This document shows, in pieces, positions 25,293 to 36,806 of a DNA stretch of 64,000 nt (position 1 is the stretch's first letter; each line of letters starts with the position of its first letter). Origin of the DNA: Macrostomum lignano. Taxonomy: Eukaryota. The notes under the pieces were generated by a model that was not told where the DNA came from, made no database searches, and was given only the letters and a program-made list of their open reading frames with translations. The stretch covers positions 62,001 through 126,000 of the forward strand of contig NIVC01000567.1 in assembly GCA_002269645.1 (NCBI GenBank), written 5' to 3'. The translations under genes were made by a program, and so were the position numbers.

Positions 25293-28200
25293 GAGGACAT
25301 TAATCCCATAGGATACTGCTGAGGAGGCTGGGGCTGCGGCATGCCCAAATCGGCGCCGCTGTCCATCAGGTTGAGCTTGGACATGCCCATAGTAGGCAGT
25401 GGAGCCTGGGCAGAGTCCAGCATCGTGTGCAGATGAGGCTGGTGCCCGGCGCAGTCTCCGAATACATAATAGCACTGCTCGGAGAAGCTCACTTTATTCA
25501 CTGTGTGGCGAATATAACCCCGCTTCAGCATCTCCAGCGCCATCTTGCGGGCCTCTTTGCGTTCTGAGAAGCCTTCGACTCGGGAGTAGAGCCAGTCAAC
25601 CAGATCTGAACCTGGAGGTGGCGGAAGGTACCAATTAGATGGGGAGTGGAGAATAACAAAGAAAAATCTTGAGGAATAACTAGGAGGTAGAGAAAGTAGA
25701 CAGAGAATGAGAAGTAGATGGTTGAAAAGAAGAAAGATAGAGACTGAGTGGGAGATGGGTGAGAAAGTAGATTGAGAATAAGAAGCAGATGGGTGAGAAA
25801 GTAGATAGACAATAAGAGGTAGATGGGTGAGAAAGTAGATGGAGAATAAGAGGTAGATGGATGAGAAAGTAGATAAAGTATAAAATGTAGATGGGTGAGA
25901 AAGTAGATAGAGTATAAGATGTAGATGGGTGAGAAAGTAGACTCAGAGTTAGATAGAGGATAGACGAGAAAAGATATAGAGACCGGGAGAGAGATCGGTA
26001 ATAGAACTACTTGGACTACCGACATGTAGCGTAAAAAACTACACAGAGGCGCAAATCAATATTTAAAACAATCAGGTCACACAAACACTAACCGATAAAA
26101 GCCTTGGGTATGGTGATCTTCAGCCAAGTTCGGTCGCGAACCTCCAGTCCAGAGTCCGGCAGTGCCATAGCCTTGACAATGGTGATCAGATCGGTTCTGG
26201 TAGTCAGGGGCGGCATCAGCTCCTCGGCTGTGTAGCGCTCAGACTCGGGCAGAGAGCAGGACGATGTGCTCACGCTGGCCGCTGCAATTTGGGGTTGGGA
26301 CTTTGTTATAATCTCCTATGAGGAATCTAATCCCTACTTAATAATCTCCTATGAGGAATCTAATCCCACTTGATAATCTCCCATGAGGAATCTAATCTCA
26401 CTTGATAATCGCCCATGAGGAATCTAATCTCACTTGATTGTCTTCCATGAGAAATCTAATCTCACTTGATAATCTTCCATGAGGAATCTAATCTCACTTG
26501 ATAATCTTCCATGAGGAATCTAATCTCACTTGATAATCTTCCATGAGGAATCTAATCTCACTTGATAATCTTCCATGAGGAATCTAATCTCACTTGATAA
26601 TCTTCCATGAGGAATCTAATCCCACTTGATAACCCCTGTAAGGAACCAAACCCTTCCCAATGAAACCATCTTCCCAGAGACCCCGACGCCACTCACCAGT
26701 AACAGTCAACCGGCTATCGCACAAGTTCTCGCCGCCCATACAAGAGGCCGCAGGCGTAACCTGAGATGACCCGCCGCCGGACACACCGCTAGCCCCGGCA
26801 GAGCTGGGGTCCTGTCGCATAGCATTAGTGTGCAGTACCCAGGCCCTCGGATCGATAGGCCTGACAGGCTCCTCTCTAGGCACTCTCAGATAGTCTCTGG
26901 AGTCCCAGCACTTGGCCACCACCAGAGTAATCTTGCCCGGCTTCTGAACCTGTTCGCGTAGAATTCGAACAGCTTCGTCATTTTCTAAATTTTCAAAGGT
27001 GACGCCGTTCACCTCTAGGAGCATGTCGCCTGGCTGGATGCTGCCTTCGCGTTCCACAGCGCCGCCGCGCATGATTGAACCGACGTAGATGCCTCCTGAG
27101 CCGCCGTTGACTGCCGGGTGGCCAACTATGCTGATGCCGAGGAACTGCACCGCGTCCATGTCCAGCTCCACCGTTTGCACGTTTAGGGAGAAGGCTGACT
27201 CTGTGATGCTGCTGAATGAGGAGGTCTGGAGTGGGGGGGGGGGTTTAAGGGTGATTTTTAATGGCTTTGTAGGCGATTCTATGGGAGCTGAGGGGCGATT
27301 CTCGAAGGGAGCTGAGGGGCGATTCTCGAAGGGAGCTGAGGGGCGATTCTCGAAGGGAGCTGAGGGGCGATTCTCGGAGGGAGCTGAGGGGCGATTCTCG
27401 AAGGGAGCTGACGGGCGATTCTCGAAGGGAGCTGAGGGGCGATTCTCGAAGGGAGCTGAGGGGCGATTCTCGGAGGGAGCTGAGGGGCGATTCTCGAAGG
27501 GAGCTGACGGGCGATTCTCGGAGGGAGCTGAGGGGCGATTCTCGGAGGGAGCTGAGGCTGACGGAATTGCAAGTATCTAATAGCTGGAATGGCTCAAGTC
27601 TGTTTCCTCCTCACCCTGCTAATAGGCGGTCCCCGTCGCCGCCGGTTCTGTCGCTTCCGATTCTGCAGACTCAGCCGTCCGTGAGGCCCGCCGCCCATGG
27701 AGTAGGTGGTGTTGGTGGCGCTGCTGAACCGGCTGCTCTCGGCGTCGTCTTCGCTGTCGAAAAACGAAGTGGTGTCCAAATCGCTTGACAGCATGCTGCT
27801 GGCCGACTCGTAGGTTGCCGATTGGGAGCCGCCAGCCTGGTTGCCATGGTGATGGTGGTGATGATGCCGGGAGTTGTACACTCGACCAACGTTGATTCGC
27901 TGGGCTGTCAATGCGAGGATAGAATAATTTCATGGACTGTTGATTTCTAATTCATGGACAGTTGATATTCATGGACTATTGATATCTAATTCATGGACTG
28001 TTGATTTCTAATTCATGGACTGTTGATATTCATGGACTATTGATATCTAATTCATGGACTGTTGATTTCTAATTCATGGACTGTTGATATTCATGGACTA
28101 TTGATATCTAATTCATGGACTGTTGGTTTCTAATTCATGGACTGTTGGTTTCTAATTCATGGACTGCTGATTTTCAATTCATGGACTATTGATATCTAAT

Positions 28201-31200
28201 TCATGGACTGTTGGTTTCTAATTCATGGACTATTGATATCTAATTCATGGACTGTTGGTTTCTAATTCATGGACTGTTGGTTTCTAATTCATGGACTGTC
28301 GATTTCTAGTTCATGGACTGTTGACTTCAATCAGCTCACCATGCTGTTTATAATCGTTGAAACTTCTCAATGGCGCAACCCGGTCGCCTCGCTGGGAGGC
28401 GCTGTAGACGCTCTCGGAGTCTGTGCAAGAGTCGCAGCCATTGTCGTCTGCTCCGCCAGCAGCAGAACCACTCGCTCCAGCGCCTGCGGCGCCACCTCCG
28501 CCGCCGCGTGCACCATCGACAGACTGCTGCTGCTGCTGCTGTTGACCGTCGGAGTTAACGCTGCCTTCTGCGTCGGCGGAAACCAGCTAAAAATTGTTGG
28601 GGGGGGGGGGACTTGCATTAAGTTTGTCACCATTGATCAAGTCTCAGGCGCTTGGAACAGAGGCCTAATTTGGCGCCAGAAGAATCTGAAGATTTACCGC
28701 CTAGAATTGAGACTGGATTTGGCGCCAAAGAAACTGAAGATTTACCGCCTAGAATTGAGACTGGATTTGGCGCCAAAGAAACTGAAGATTTACCGCCTAG
28801 AATTGAGACTGGATTTGGCGCCAGAAGAATCTGAAGATTTTGCCGCCTAGAATTGAGACTGGATTTGGCGCCAAAGAAACTGAAGTATTTAACTGCCTAG
28901 AATTGAGACTGGATTTGGCGCCAAAGAAACTGAAGATTTTGCCGCCTAGAATTGAGACTGGATTTGGCGCCAGAAGAATCTGAAGATTTTGCCGCCTAGA
29001 ATTGAGACTGGATTTGGCGCCAAAGAAACTGAAGATTTACTGCCTAGAATTGAGACTGGATTTGGCGCCAGAAGAATCTGAAGATTTTGCCGCCTAGAAT
29101 TGAGACTGGATTTGGCGCCAAAGAAACTGAAGATTTACTGCCTAGAATTGAGACTGGATTTGGCGCCAAAGAAACTGAAGATTTTGCCGCCTAGAATTGA
29201 GACTGGATTTGGCGCCAGAAGAATCTGAAGATTTTGCCGCCTAGAATTGAGACTGGATTTGGCGCCAAAGAAACTGAAGTATTTAACTGCCTAGAATTGA
29301 GACTGGATTTGGCGCCAAAGAAACTGAAGATTTTGCCGCCTAGAATTGAGACTGGATTTGGCGCCAGAAGAATCTGAAGATTTTGCCGCCTAGAATTGAG
29401 ACTGGATTTGGCGCCAAAGAAACTGAAGATTTTACCGCCTAGAATTGAGACTGGATTTGGCGCCAAAGAAACTGAAGATTCTAGCGTTTAATTGTCCTGG
29501 TCTTATAAGACTGTTTATATTGTGATTAAAATTGCAAATACATTTCGATTTAAAAGAAGCATAACTTACCCAAGATACAACCCGACCATTGCAACATGGC
29601 AGATTTGCATTATCGTCTGTGATCTCCTCTTTAACCACTCTAAAATTGAATTGAAAAATAATACATGCCAGTAATTAAAATGCAATGATACGATATAAAA
29701 TACCGACATTGATGTAAACACAGTACAGAAAAAAACTTGTCTTTTGGAAGTTGCTTCTTTTAGTTTTATTTTGCGTTAAACTTTCTAAACAAAATCAAGT
29801 TTTTTTTATTCTGTCTAATAAATTGTAAAAAAATATTGTTATTTCATTTTTATTTTATAATTAGAGTATGGCACTGATTGTCCACATAGTACTATAGACT
29901 ATAGCTCTGTTCTTATTTACATTGGTACAACTGTTGTTGAGATAGGCTTTCTATAAAGTATAAAACAATAAAATTAGATACAAATGTTAAAAAATACCTA
30001 AATGTGACTAGTAAAATGATTTCAATTATACAAATTTTAATAAAGCTACATAAATAGTCTATGAGAAATTTTCCATATTCATTCTTACTTAGTTCTTTTA
30101 TATTATATTAGTTTTTTGTAGATTTTAAACAAAGCATTTTATTATTATAGCATAGCTATTACAAAAAGTTATAGCATTCATTAGAATATTTTGGACAATA
30201 AGCCATTTGCTTTCTATAATCACTTTGTATCCTAGTAGGAAATAATTGTCCTAGCAAAATCCACACTTCTAATATGCCAAGTGATAATTGGCAGCAAGAT
30301 CACTATAGTTTGATCTTTAACTAGCACTATGATACATTGCTAGCCAAATGATTGTTGACCACATGTATTGCAGGAAAATAAATGTCAACAAAAACATAAA
30401 AAGTAAACTTTGTTTAATTCTAGCCAATGCGTTTCGTCAAACACAAGACGTCGTCAGGGCAAATTCAATCAACCTAAGATCACACCACCAATATATTTAA
30501 GCAAAAATCACTGTACAGTCCAGAGGCGGGTCAAAACAGTCCGGTAGAATTAAGAAAGTGCCAAGTACACAACAAAGTGAGAGAGAGAAAAAAAATAAAT
30601 AGGCACAGCTCTGTTCACAGTACTCTTAGCTCATGCTCCACCCCATTGCCAGCAAGCTGTACATTCAGGTTGGGTTTGTGCATTCTGATATACGAAGCTT
30701 TAATAATCTTAAGCTTATGGTCAAATTTGCACCCATCCAGCACTTTAAAGAGCTGAATCGGTTCACTGTCACAGCATTTTTTACAAACAAGCAGATGGTC
30801 ATTAATTGCAGAGCTTTTTAGCCAATGTTCCCTAGCTCTAGTGTGCAGGTGTCGCTTTGTTTTTCCAATGTAAGAAACGCTCTGATCCTCAAAGCAGCGA
30901 AATTGGTAAACAACACCAGCTCTTTGAGCAAGTGGAACAGCTGACTTGAGCCTGCTAGCATAGCGTCCGATCTTTTCGGTGCAAAACACAATCCTAACGG
31001 TGCACTTAAAACATTTGCTATATGTTTTCTCAAGTTTTTTCTTGAAGTCAAGTGTTTTGAAAAAATGTTCTCAAGCGTTCTTGAAAGAACTTGAGAAAAT
31101 GTTTAGCAAATGGCTTAAGTGCACCGTTAGGATTGTGTTTCGAACCGAAAAGATTAAAAAGAATTTAGTTCTAGTTAGTTAGGTCAATAATGTTCCAAAG

Positions 31201-34200
31201 CAAATTTGCTATAGTGCAAAAGGACAGGTTTACAATAGAAAATTTTATTATATACCAAGGCTGGTTGTCATACATCATTGATACTTGCAAGTGCTCTTTA
31301 TTTTATGCCACTTATACCAAATATATCATTGGTATTAGTCATGGTATGCTACTATGATAGTACTTAATTCTAGCTGATATGCTAATTAAAAAAAATTATT
31401 TTTGAAAATGAAATTCTTTTTTATAATTAAAATACATTACATGTTTTGATCATTTTTGTCATAAGAAGGTATATCTTAATACCTTTGTATTCTATTTGTT
31501 TGTTTTTGTTTTAGTCCTGCATTTTTGCAATTATTTAAAAAATGAAAATTTACCTCATTAAATACTGTTTGGACTCTAGAATGAAATTCATCCTTTAAAT
31601 AAATATGTTATGTAGAAAGTAAAAAATTAATTGTGCATATATAATAGCAATACCTTATTTCCAGGAAATGCTGTTTTTTAAATTAGTGCACAATGAATTT
31701 CTTTTGTTTTACTATACAAAATTTATATTTTTGAGTTATAAAATTTGTTTAAATATGTGATTTTCTTAGTATAAATGGTAACTGGTTGTTTTGCCCATAA
31801 ACTAGTTTTGCCATGGACATTTTAGCCCCTACACCATTTTGCCCACAGACCATTTTTCCATAGACTGTTTTGGCCATGGACCATTTTTTAACTTTAAAGT
31901 TTTAAACTCTGTGCTTTGATTTTCAATTTTGATGACAAATCTTATTTTTTCAATGTTTCTGGCTTTACCTTGCTATAACTAAAACCTTTTCTTATCCTCA
32001 GCTATTCAAATTGGCTTTAATTGTCACACTTTCAAAAGGAATAACTTAAAAAAACTTGTAATAATTCACAATTGTAATAAACAAAATTGCAATAACACAT
32101 TTGTTGTAGCAACAATTCAGATCATAGTTTTTTTATACATTAAAACTAAAGATTAGCATGGAAAAAGGAAAATAAAGATACAAGAATGGCTGTATCTCTA
32201 AATTACATAATCACCATTTTGCCAAAATGCCTATAGCCAAACTGGTTTATAGGCAAAACGACTGGAATTTGTATAAATAGGAGCATATTTTAGGAATAAA
32301 AGGATAACTTGTTCATTAGCTATAAGCTCAAAATGTGTTCAATAACTGATTTTTAGATCATTACTTATTTCTCCGAGTTCTAAGATTATTGTGAAGGTTG
32401 GAAGCTCATTCAAAAAGAATATTAAGAATAAGGGCTATGACTTTCTAATCTTAGTAATGCCTAGACTGGAGAGAAAGTATATGTACCAATAAGACTGCTC
32501 AGGCAATAATTATATATTAGATGCTACTAGAATGCTATCAGAATATTACTAAAATTAGGATTAATAGGACAATAAGATTTGGTTACTGTACAACTTTGGT
32601 GGCATTTAGTGAGATTATCCCAAGGACAGAAAGAATCCCTATGATAACCTTGGTGTTAGCTATGGAATGGAATCATTTAATATAAAGTTAGCCTTCCAAC
32701 ACATATTCAAAATAGTGTTCTGCCATAATTACGGCTACGGCTACGGCAAATTACGGCTACGACACTTTTGAAGCCGTATTTTCATTACGGATTACGGTTA
32801 CGGACATATTTTGAGCTTACGGTTACGGTTACGGATTACGGAGATTTTTCTAGACTTGCCGTAATTGGTAGCCGTAACAAAAATTATTTATTTTTAACTG
32901 TTTAGTGTTATAAAAGAATTTTTTTATATCAACTTCAACCAGTTTTCATTTTGCTTTACTAGTTATTATTATTTTTTACATTTGTTAAGTTTCTAAATAT
33001 CTACGAAACTTTTTGAAAATGAAAAACGCTTTTTTTCACGAATTTTCTCATTAGGCATACGGCATAGCATAGCATAGCGATAGCATGATAGCAGCGAGAC
33101 AGAGAGAGCCAGTCAAAGCCTACAAGAGACTAAGAATCTGGCATTCTTATTTCTTAGCCATATGTAGCATTTAACTCCTTAGCATAAAAATAGGATATTA
33201 GATTTAGATTATGAGGATAAGGATGAAAGAATATTAATAAGGAAATACTAAATAAATACTAATAGGATAAGAATATGAATTATGATTGAAAATTGATTGA
33301 AACCAAAGAAGACAATACAATAGACAATGCAATAAAATGAAAAAGAAAAAATGTAACATGCAATTTCTTAGTCATCGGAAATTTTGAAGCAGTTTTATTT
33401 GAACAAATTCAAATATTTATTTAATGATATTAAACATACACATTGACCTTGGCACGTCAGTCATATATTCATATTGTAGCGAAACAAAACAGAATCACGA
33501 CACAGAAAACTGAAAAAGGCACCAAGCACACAATTGCATACAACAATGCTAAAAAATACTTAGATAAAGATATTATATTTACGAAAAAATAAATGAATAT
33601 TAATGCATGAACGAACAATAAGTAGGTTTTATTGCTATCCTTTTATCCTTTTTATCTGTCCTTTTCTGTCTGCCCCACTTTTCATGCAAAAATATCAATT
33701 TTGTTATACATTACGGCTACGGTTACGGCAAATTACGGTTATGGACTTTTTTAGCCCGTAATGACGGCAAAATTCGGCTACGGAAGTTGCTTCTTTCTTA
33801 CGGCTACGGTTACGGTTATGGAGGTCAAAACTCGCGGCGGCGGAATACTAATTCAAAACTTCAATAATTTTTTTTCTTTGGCTTTAAAGCAGCTTTAATA
33901 AATTTATATTAGTGTTAGAGTTACTACTGATATAATTAAATCTAACAAATGTGTTTTTTGGCAAAAATTATTTGTTTTATATGCTTTGTTGATATTTTTT
34001 GTTCCGCACATTTGATATTTAAAATATACCTTGGCTTATACAAGTTATTGTCATAGCCTATATAAGAATTGTTTTATATTATAGCTGATATATAATAGGC
34101 TATAATTGAAATTTAATTATCATTGTATATAGGAGTCTTTTTGCATTACAACACATTTGGTTTGACAAAAAACTTGATGCTATAAAAAGTCTAAGATTAA

Positions 34201-34885
34201 GAAGAAGTCTATGAAAAAATTGATAGCAAGAATTTGAAGTTTTTTATCTTTTTTTTATATCTCTAGTTTAGTATATATATATATATATTATAGTGTATCA
34301 TTCATATATAAATTAGATATATTTTTTCAGTTCCTAACTTTTTTCTTGATTACGCCTAGGCCTATATAGCTTTTGTTTCATAGATATCATTTCTATGGTA
34401 TCCATGCTTTTTGGTACCTATGCTTTTTGTACAAATTAAAGTTTGGTCAATGATGAAGCAAAATTTATATTTTTAGTATACTAGATTAGATTCTCAAAGT
34501 TTAAGACTGCCAAGAATTATGTAGACAAAGCTAAAACTAGTAAAAGAAATAAGGTTCTAACTAGGCCTATCTAAATCTAATAAAAGTTTAAAAAATGTAG
34601 TTTCAAAATTTTTAATTTATAAATTTATAATAACCAGAATAAGCAGAACTAGTTATCACTATCATTATCAGTTCATTAAGACATTGACTCAATTGAGTTT
34701 TATATTTTACAAAACAAGACTTACCCAAAATCAGCATCAACTGATTTAAAGAAAAATTTATAGTTAGGTCGATTCAGCTCATTTTTAAAATCGCCCAGAG
34801 TTGCTTTTTCAGGTGGAATTGGCAATCTGATCAAGTATGGTGTGTCCTCATCATCAATGTGATAAATTATTTTTGTTTCCTCCAT
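23315..34885 (-). CDS. DVL: Dishevelled (DIX-PDZ-DEP), 8 predicted exons: 34885-34725, 29639-29570, 28586-28340, 27904-27615, 27225-26697, 26281-26093, 25611-25036, 23523-23315 (756 aa); read-through of exon 7 to the stop at 25004 would give 697 aa
   Basis: Exon 1 (not in the ORF track) reads [54 protein letters not shown]; 70-bp exon 2 [23 protein letters not shown]; then [30 protein letters not shown]...[24 protein letters not shown], and [26 protein letters not shown]...[19 protein letters not shown]. All junctions are GT/AG and phase-compatible. Exon 8 is the least certain. Confidence 0.95.
23535..24420. repeat. 26-bp minisatellite ATGATTCTCAGAAAATAAGATCAACT in Dvl intron 7
   Basis: Visible units starting about 12 bp from the acceptor of the putative last exon. 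Confidence 0.96.
25700..25990. repeat. Degenerate ~34-bp repeat GTAGATGGGTGAGAAAGTAGATAGAGAATAAGAG in Dvl intron 6
   Basis: Recurring GTAGATGGGTGAGAAAGTAGA core. Confidence 0.85.
26305..26630. repeat. 32-bp minisatellite ATGAGGAATCTAATCTCACTTGATAATCTTCC in Dvl intron 5
   Basis: About 10 visible units. Confidence 0.94.
27284..27560. repeat. 24-bp minisatellite GAGCTGAGGGGCGATTCTCGAAGG in Dvl intron 4
   Basis: About 11 visible units. Confidence 0.96.
27929..28325. repeat. 22/17-bp minisatellite TTCATGGACTGTTGATTTCTAA in Dvl intron 3
   Basis: Visible units filling almost the whole intron. Confidence 0.96.
28655..29480. repeat. 48-49-bp minisatellite GCCTAGAATTGAGACTGGATTTGGCGCCAAAGAAACTGAAGATTTTGCC in Dvl intron 2
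   Basis: About 17 visible units. Confidence 0.97.
30417..30468 (-). ncRNA. Degenerate minimal type I hammerhead ribozyme motif of the Penelope-like element
   Basis: Minus strand reads GCC-CTGACGA-C-GTC(ttgtgttt)GAC-GAAA-CGCATT-GGC: intact core boxes, 3-bp stem II, GCC/GGC stem I. Stem III is one substitution from the palindromic AACGCGTT. Confidence 0.6.
30417..31153 (-). mobile_element. 5'-truncated Penelope-like retroelement relic: GIY-YIG endonuclease C-terminal ORF (30989-30615), 3' hammerhead-like motif and 5' inverted duplication
   Basis: GVVYQFRC...[16 protein letters not shown]...SAINDH...KPNLN matches the PLE GIY-YIG pattern and terminal position; CTGACGA...GAAAC motif at 30423-30460 (-); ~73-bp inverted repeat at 30971-31043 / 31081-31153. 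Confidence 0.85.
32713..33850. mobile_element. Non-autonomous hAT-type DNA transposon, 1138 bp, in Dvl intron 1
   Basis: Perfect 8-bp TSD ATTCAAAA (32705-32712 and 33851-33858); imperfect 12-bp TIR TAGTGTTCTGCC / GGCGGAATACTA (10/12); clustered TACGG subterminal repeats at both ends; no transposase ORF. Confidence 0.9.
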
Positions 34886-36806
34886 TTAGAAAACAGATGG
34901 TTAGGCCTAACCCTGTACTGATATCCACACCACAGGCACAGGCAGATAGTTTTAGAATATCTGCAAAGAATTTTATCAGAGTCTAGTTAGGCAAATATAG
35001 TACTGCTAGAAATCAGTAAAATAAGCCCGAAAAGTAAAATCTGGGCACAAAATCGGCCTAGCGTTGTGACTTTAGGCCTAGTCTTTGGTGACTCGCCAGA
35101 TGCTATCAATATGAAGACGAAGACCCAGCTACACAGAACAGAACTAACTTAACTATGTTGAAGCCATTAATCACAATAATCAATACTCTGCAAACTGATA
35201 ATTACAAGAGTGAAAAAAACAGAAAAAATAGCAATAATTGAAAATAACCTCACAAAGTCAAGACTACTATGCCTACGCTACGTACCTCACTGCAGTTTAC
35301 GCTAGCGGTTGAGTCATTTGACCTACTTAATTATCCAAGAAGTTCAAAAATTAGAAAAATAAACTATTAGATTTCTAAAATTTTAACTAAAACTAAATAC
35401 ATTTGAAAAAATTGTTTTTGAACAGAAAGATTCAAGTCTAGAAATCAGTTACAGAAAATTTGTTTTAAATAGTATTTAATTAACCGGCTTCTTGAACGCT
35501 TTTTAACAAATTATTTAGAAATTGAAATCTTACACCAGAGTCCATATCTAGTAAGCTGACACCCGTTGGCCTGAGTGATTTTTAGTCTCCTAACTAAGCA
35601 GCAATAAAAGCCACCACACACAGCATTGCAAAACAGAGGCAGCGATTCATGTCCCAGGTGTCTAGGAACGTGCAGAGTACTGCATGTACGTTTATAGGAT
35701 CTTAGACGTTAAATATAATTGCACGCTTTTTTGAGAGACAGCTAGGACGCTGTGTGCACAAAACGACGAAAGGCATTACAATTCCCGAATCCCCACAAAC
35801 ACATGCCTAGCCTGTATTCGCTGCATTCCGCTGCATGTCGATCGGATATTCATCAACTGCATGTACATGTATGCATCGCGACAAGATCAAATCAATTATA
35901 GAGCTATAAGAAAGGAACGATAAAAGAAAGATCAAAAGATAAACGTACACGTACTGGAGTCTCCGCCCCTAATTCTATTAAAAGCTAGCAACAAAATTTT
36001 GTGCTGAAAATGAGTCTGCCATCAATATATCGATCCATGTAATGTATTTTTTTTCGGTACAACCTAGCTGCCTCCTGAAATTTTCAAAGAAACATAGTTT
36101 CCCATCATTCTAATTGAGTATTCCTTGTTGGGCAGACCCGTATACCAAGCCGAGATTGTATAGTTTTTGCCTTAAATCATGTGACGGAACATGAGATCAA
36201 ACTAGCCCACAGAGTCGCTGACAATTGGACCCCGGTAGTCGATTTTCGAAAACATGATGCATGCTTGATTGCTCGCATAGTAAAGTACTGTTGAAGTTTT
36301 AAGTATGCACGACTTTTTAGTTTTAGGTCCGCTTTAATTCTCCGAATTGGAATTTCTACGGATCACTAGTAGTGCAGACTACACCACACCTACACGGTGA
36401 AATAATTAAAAAGTGAAGAAACTAAAAAGCAACGCAATATAGTAAAACTGATAGTACATGTGCAGCATTGTACATCGATGCATCGATGTATTGATATACA
36501 TGTACATGTGTAGCTATACGATGCGCTTGATGCAAGGCAAAGCTTTCTGGCTAAAAAAACAAGCGGTTAAAACGTGAAGAAGTTGGTTTTTAGAATACAA
36601 GAAAAATTGCTATATTACTTACTAATTATTAGATCGAACAGAGAATTTCCTCAAATCACTGTTTCAAACGGCTTAGAACGGCTTAGAAGGTCAATATATA
36701 TATAGATTACGATTTTTTCAACGCACAACTGCATTCCTAACGTATTAATGCTTAGACATCAAGCGCGCAGTAAATATTATTCCCAGCTAATCGATTATAG
36801 CGAAAA

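Noticed and set aside
28367-28633. [15 protein letters not shown]... as a Dvl exon
   Set aside because: Wrong frame; the true exon 28586-28340 reads LVSADAEGS... in another frame, consistent with both splice phases.
18371-29480. Regularly spaced repeats as a possible CRISPR array
   Set aside because: Units are head-to-tail without unique spacers, there are no cas genes, and the context is eukaryotic introns.
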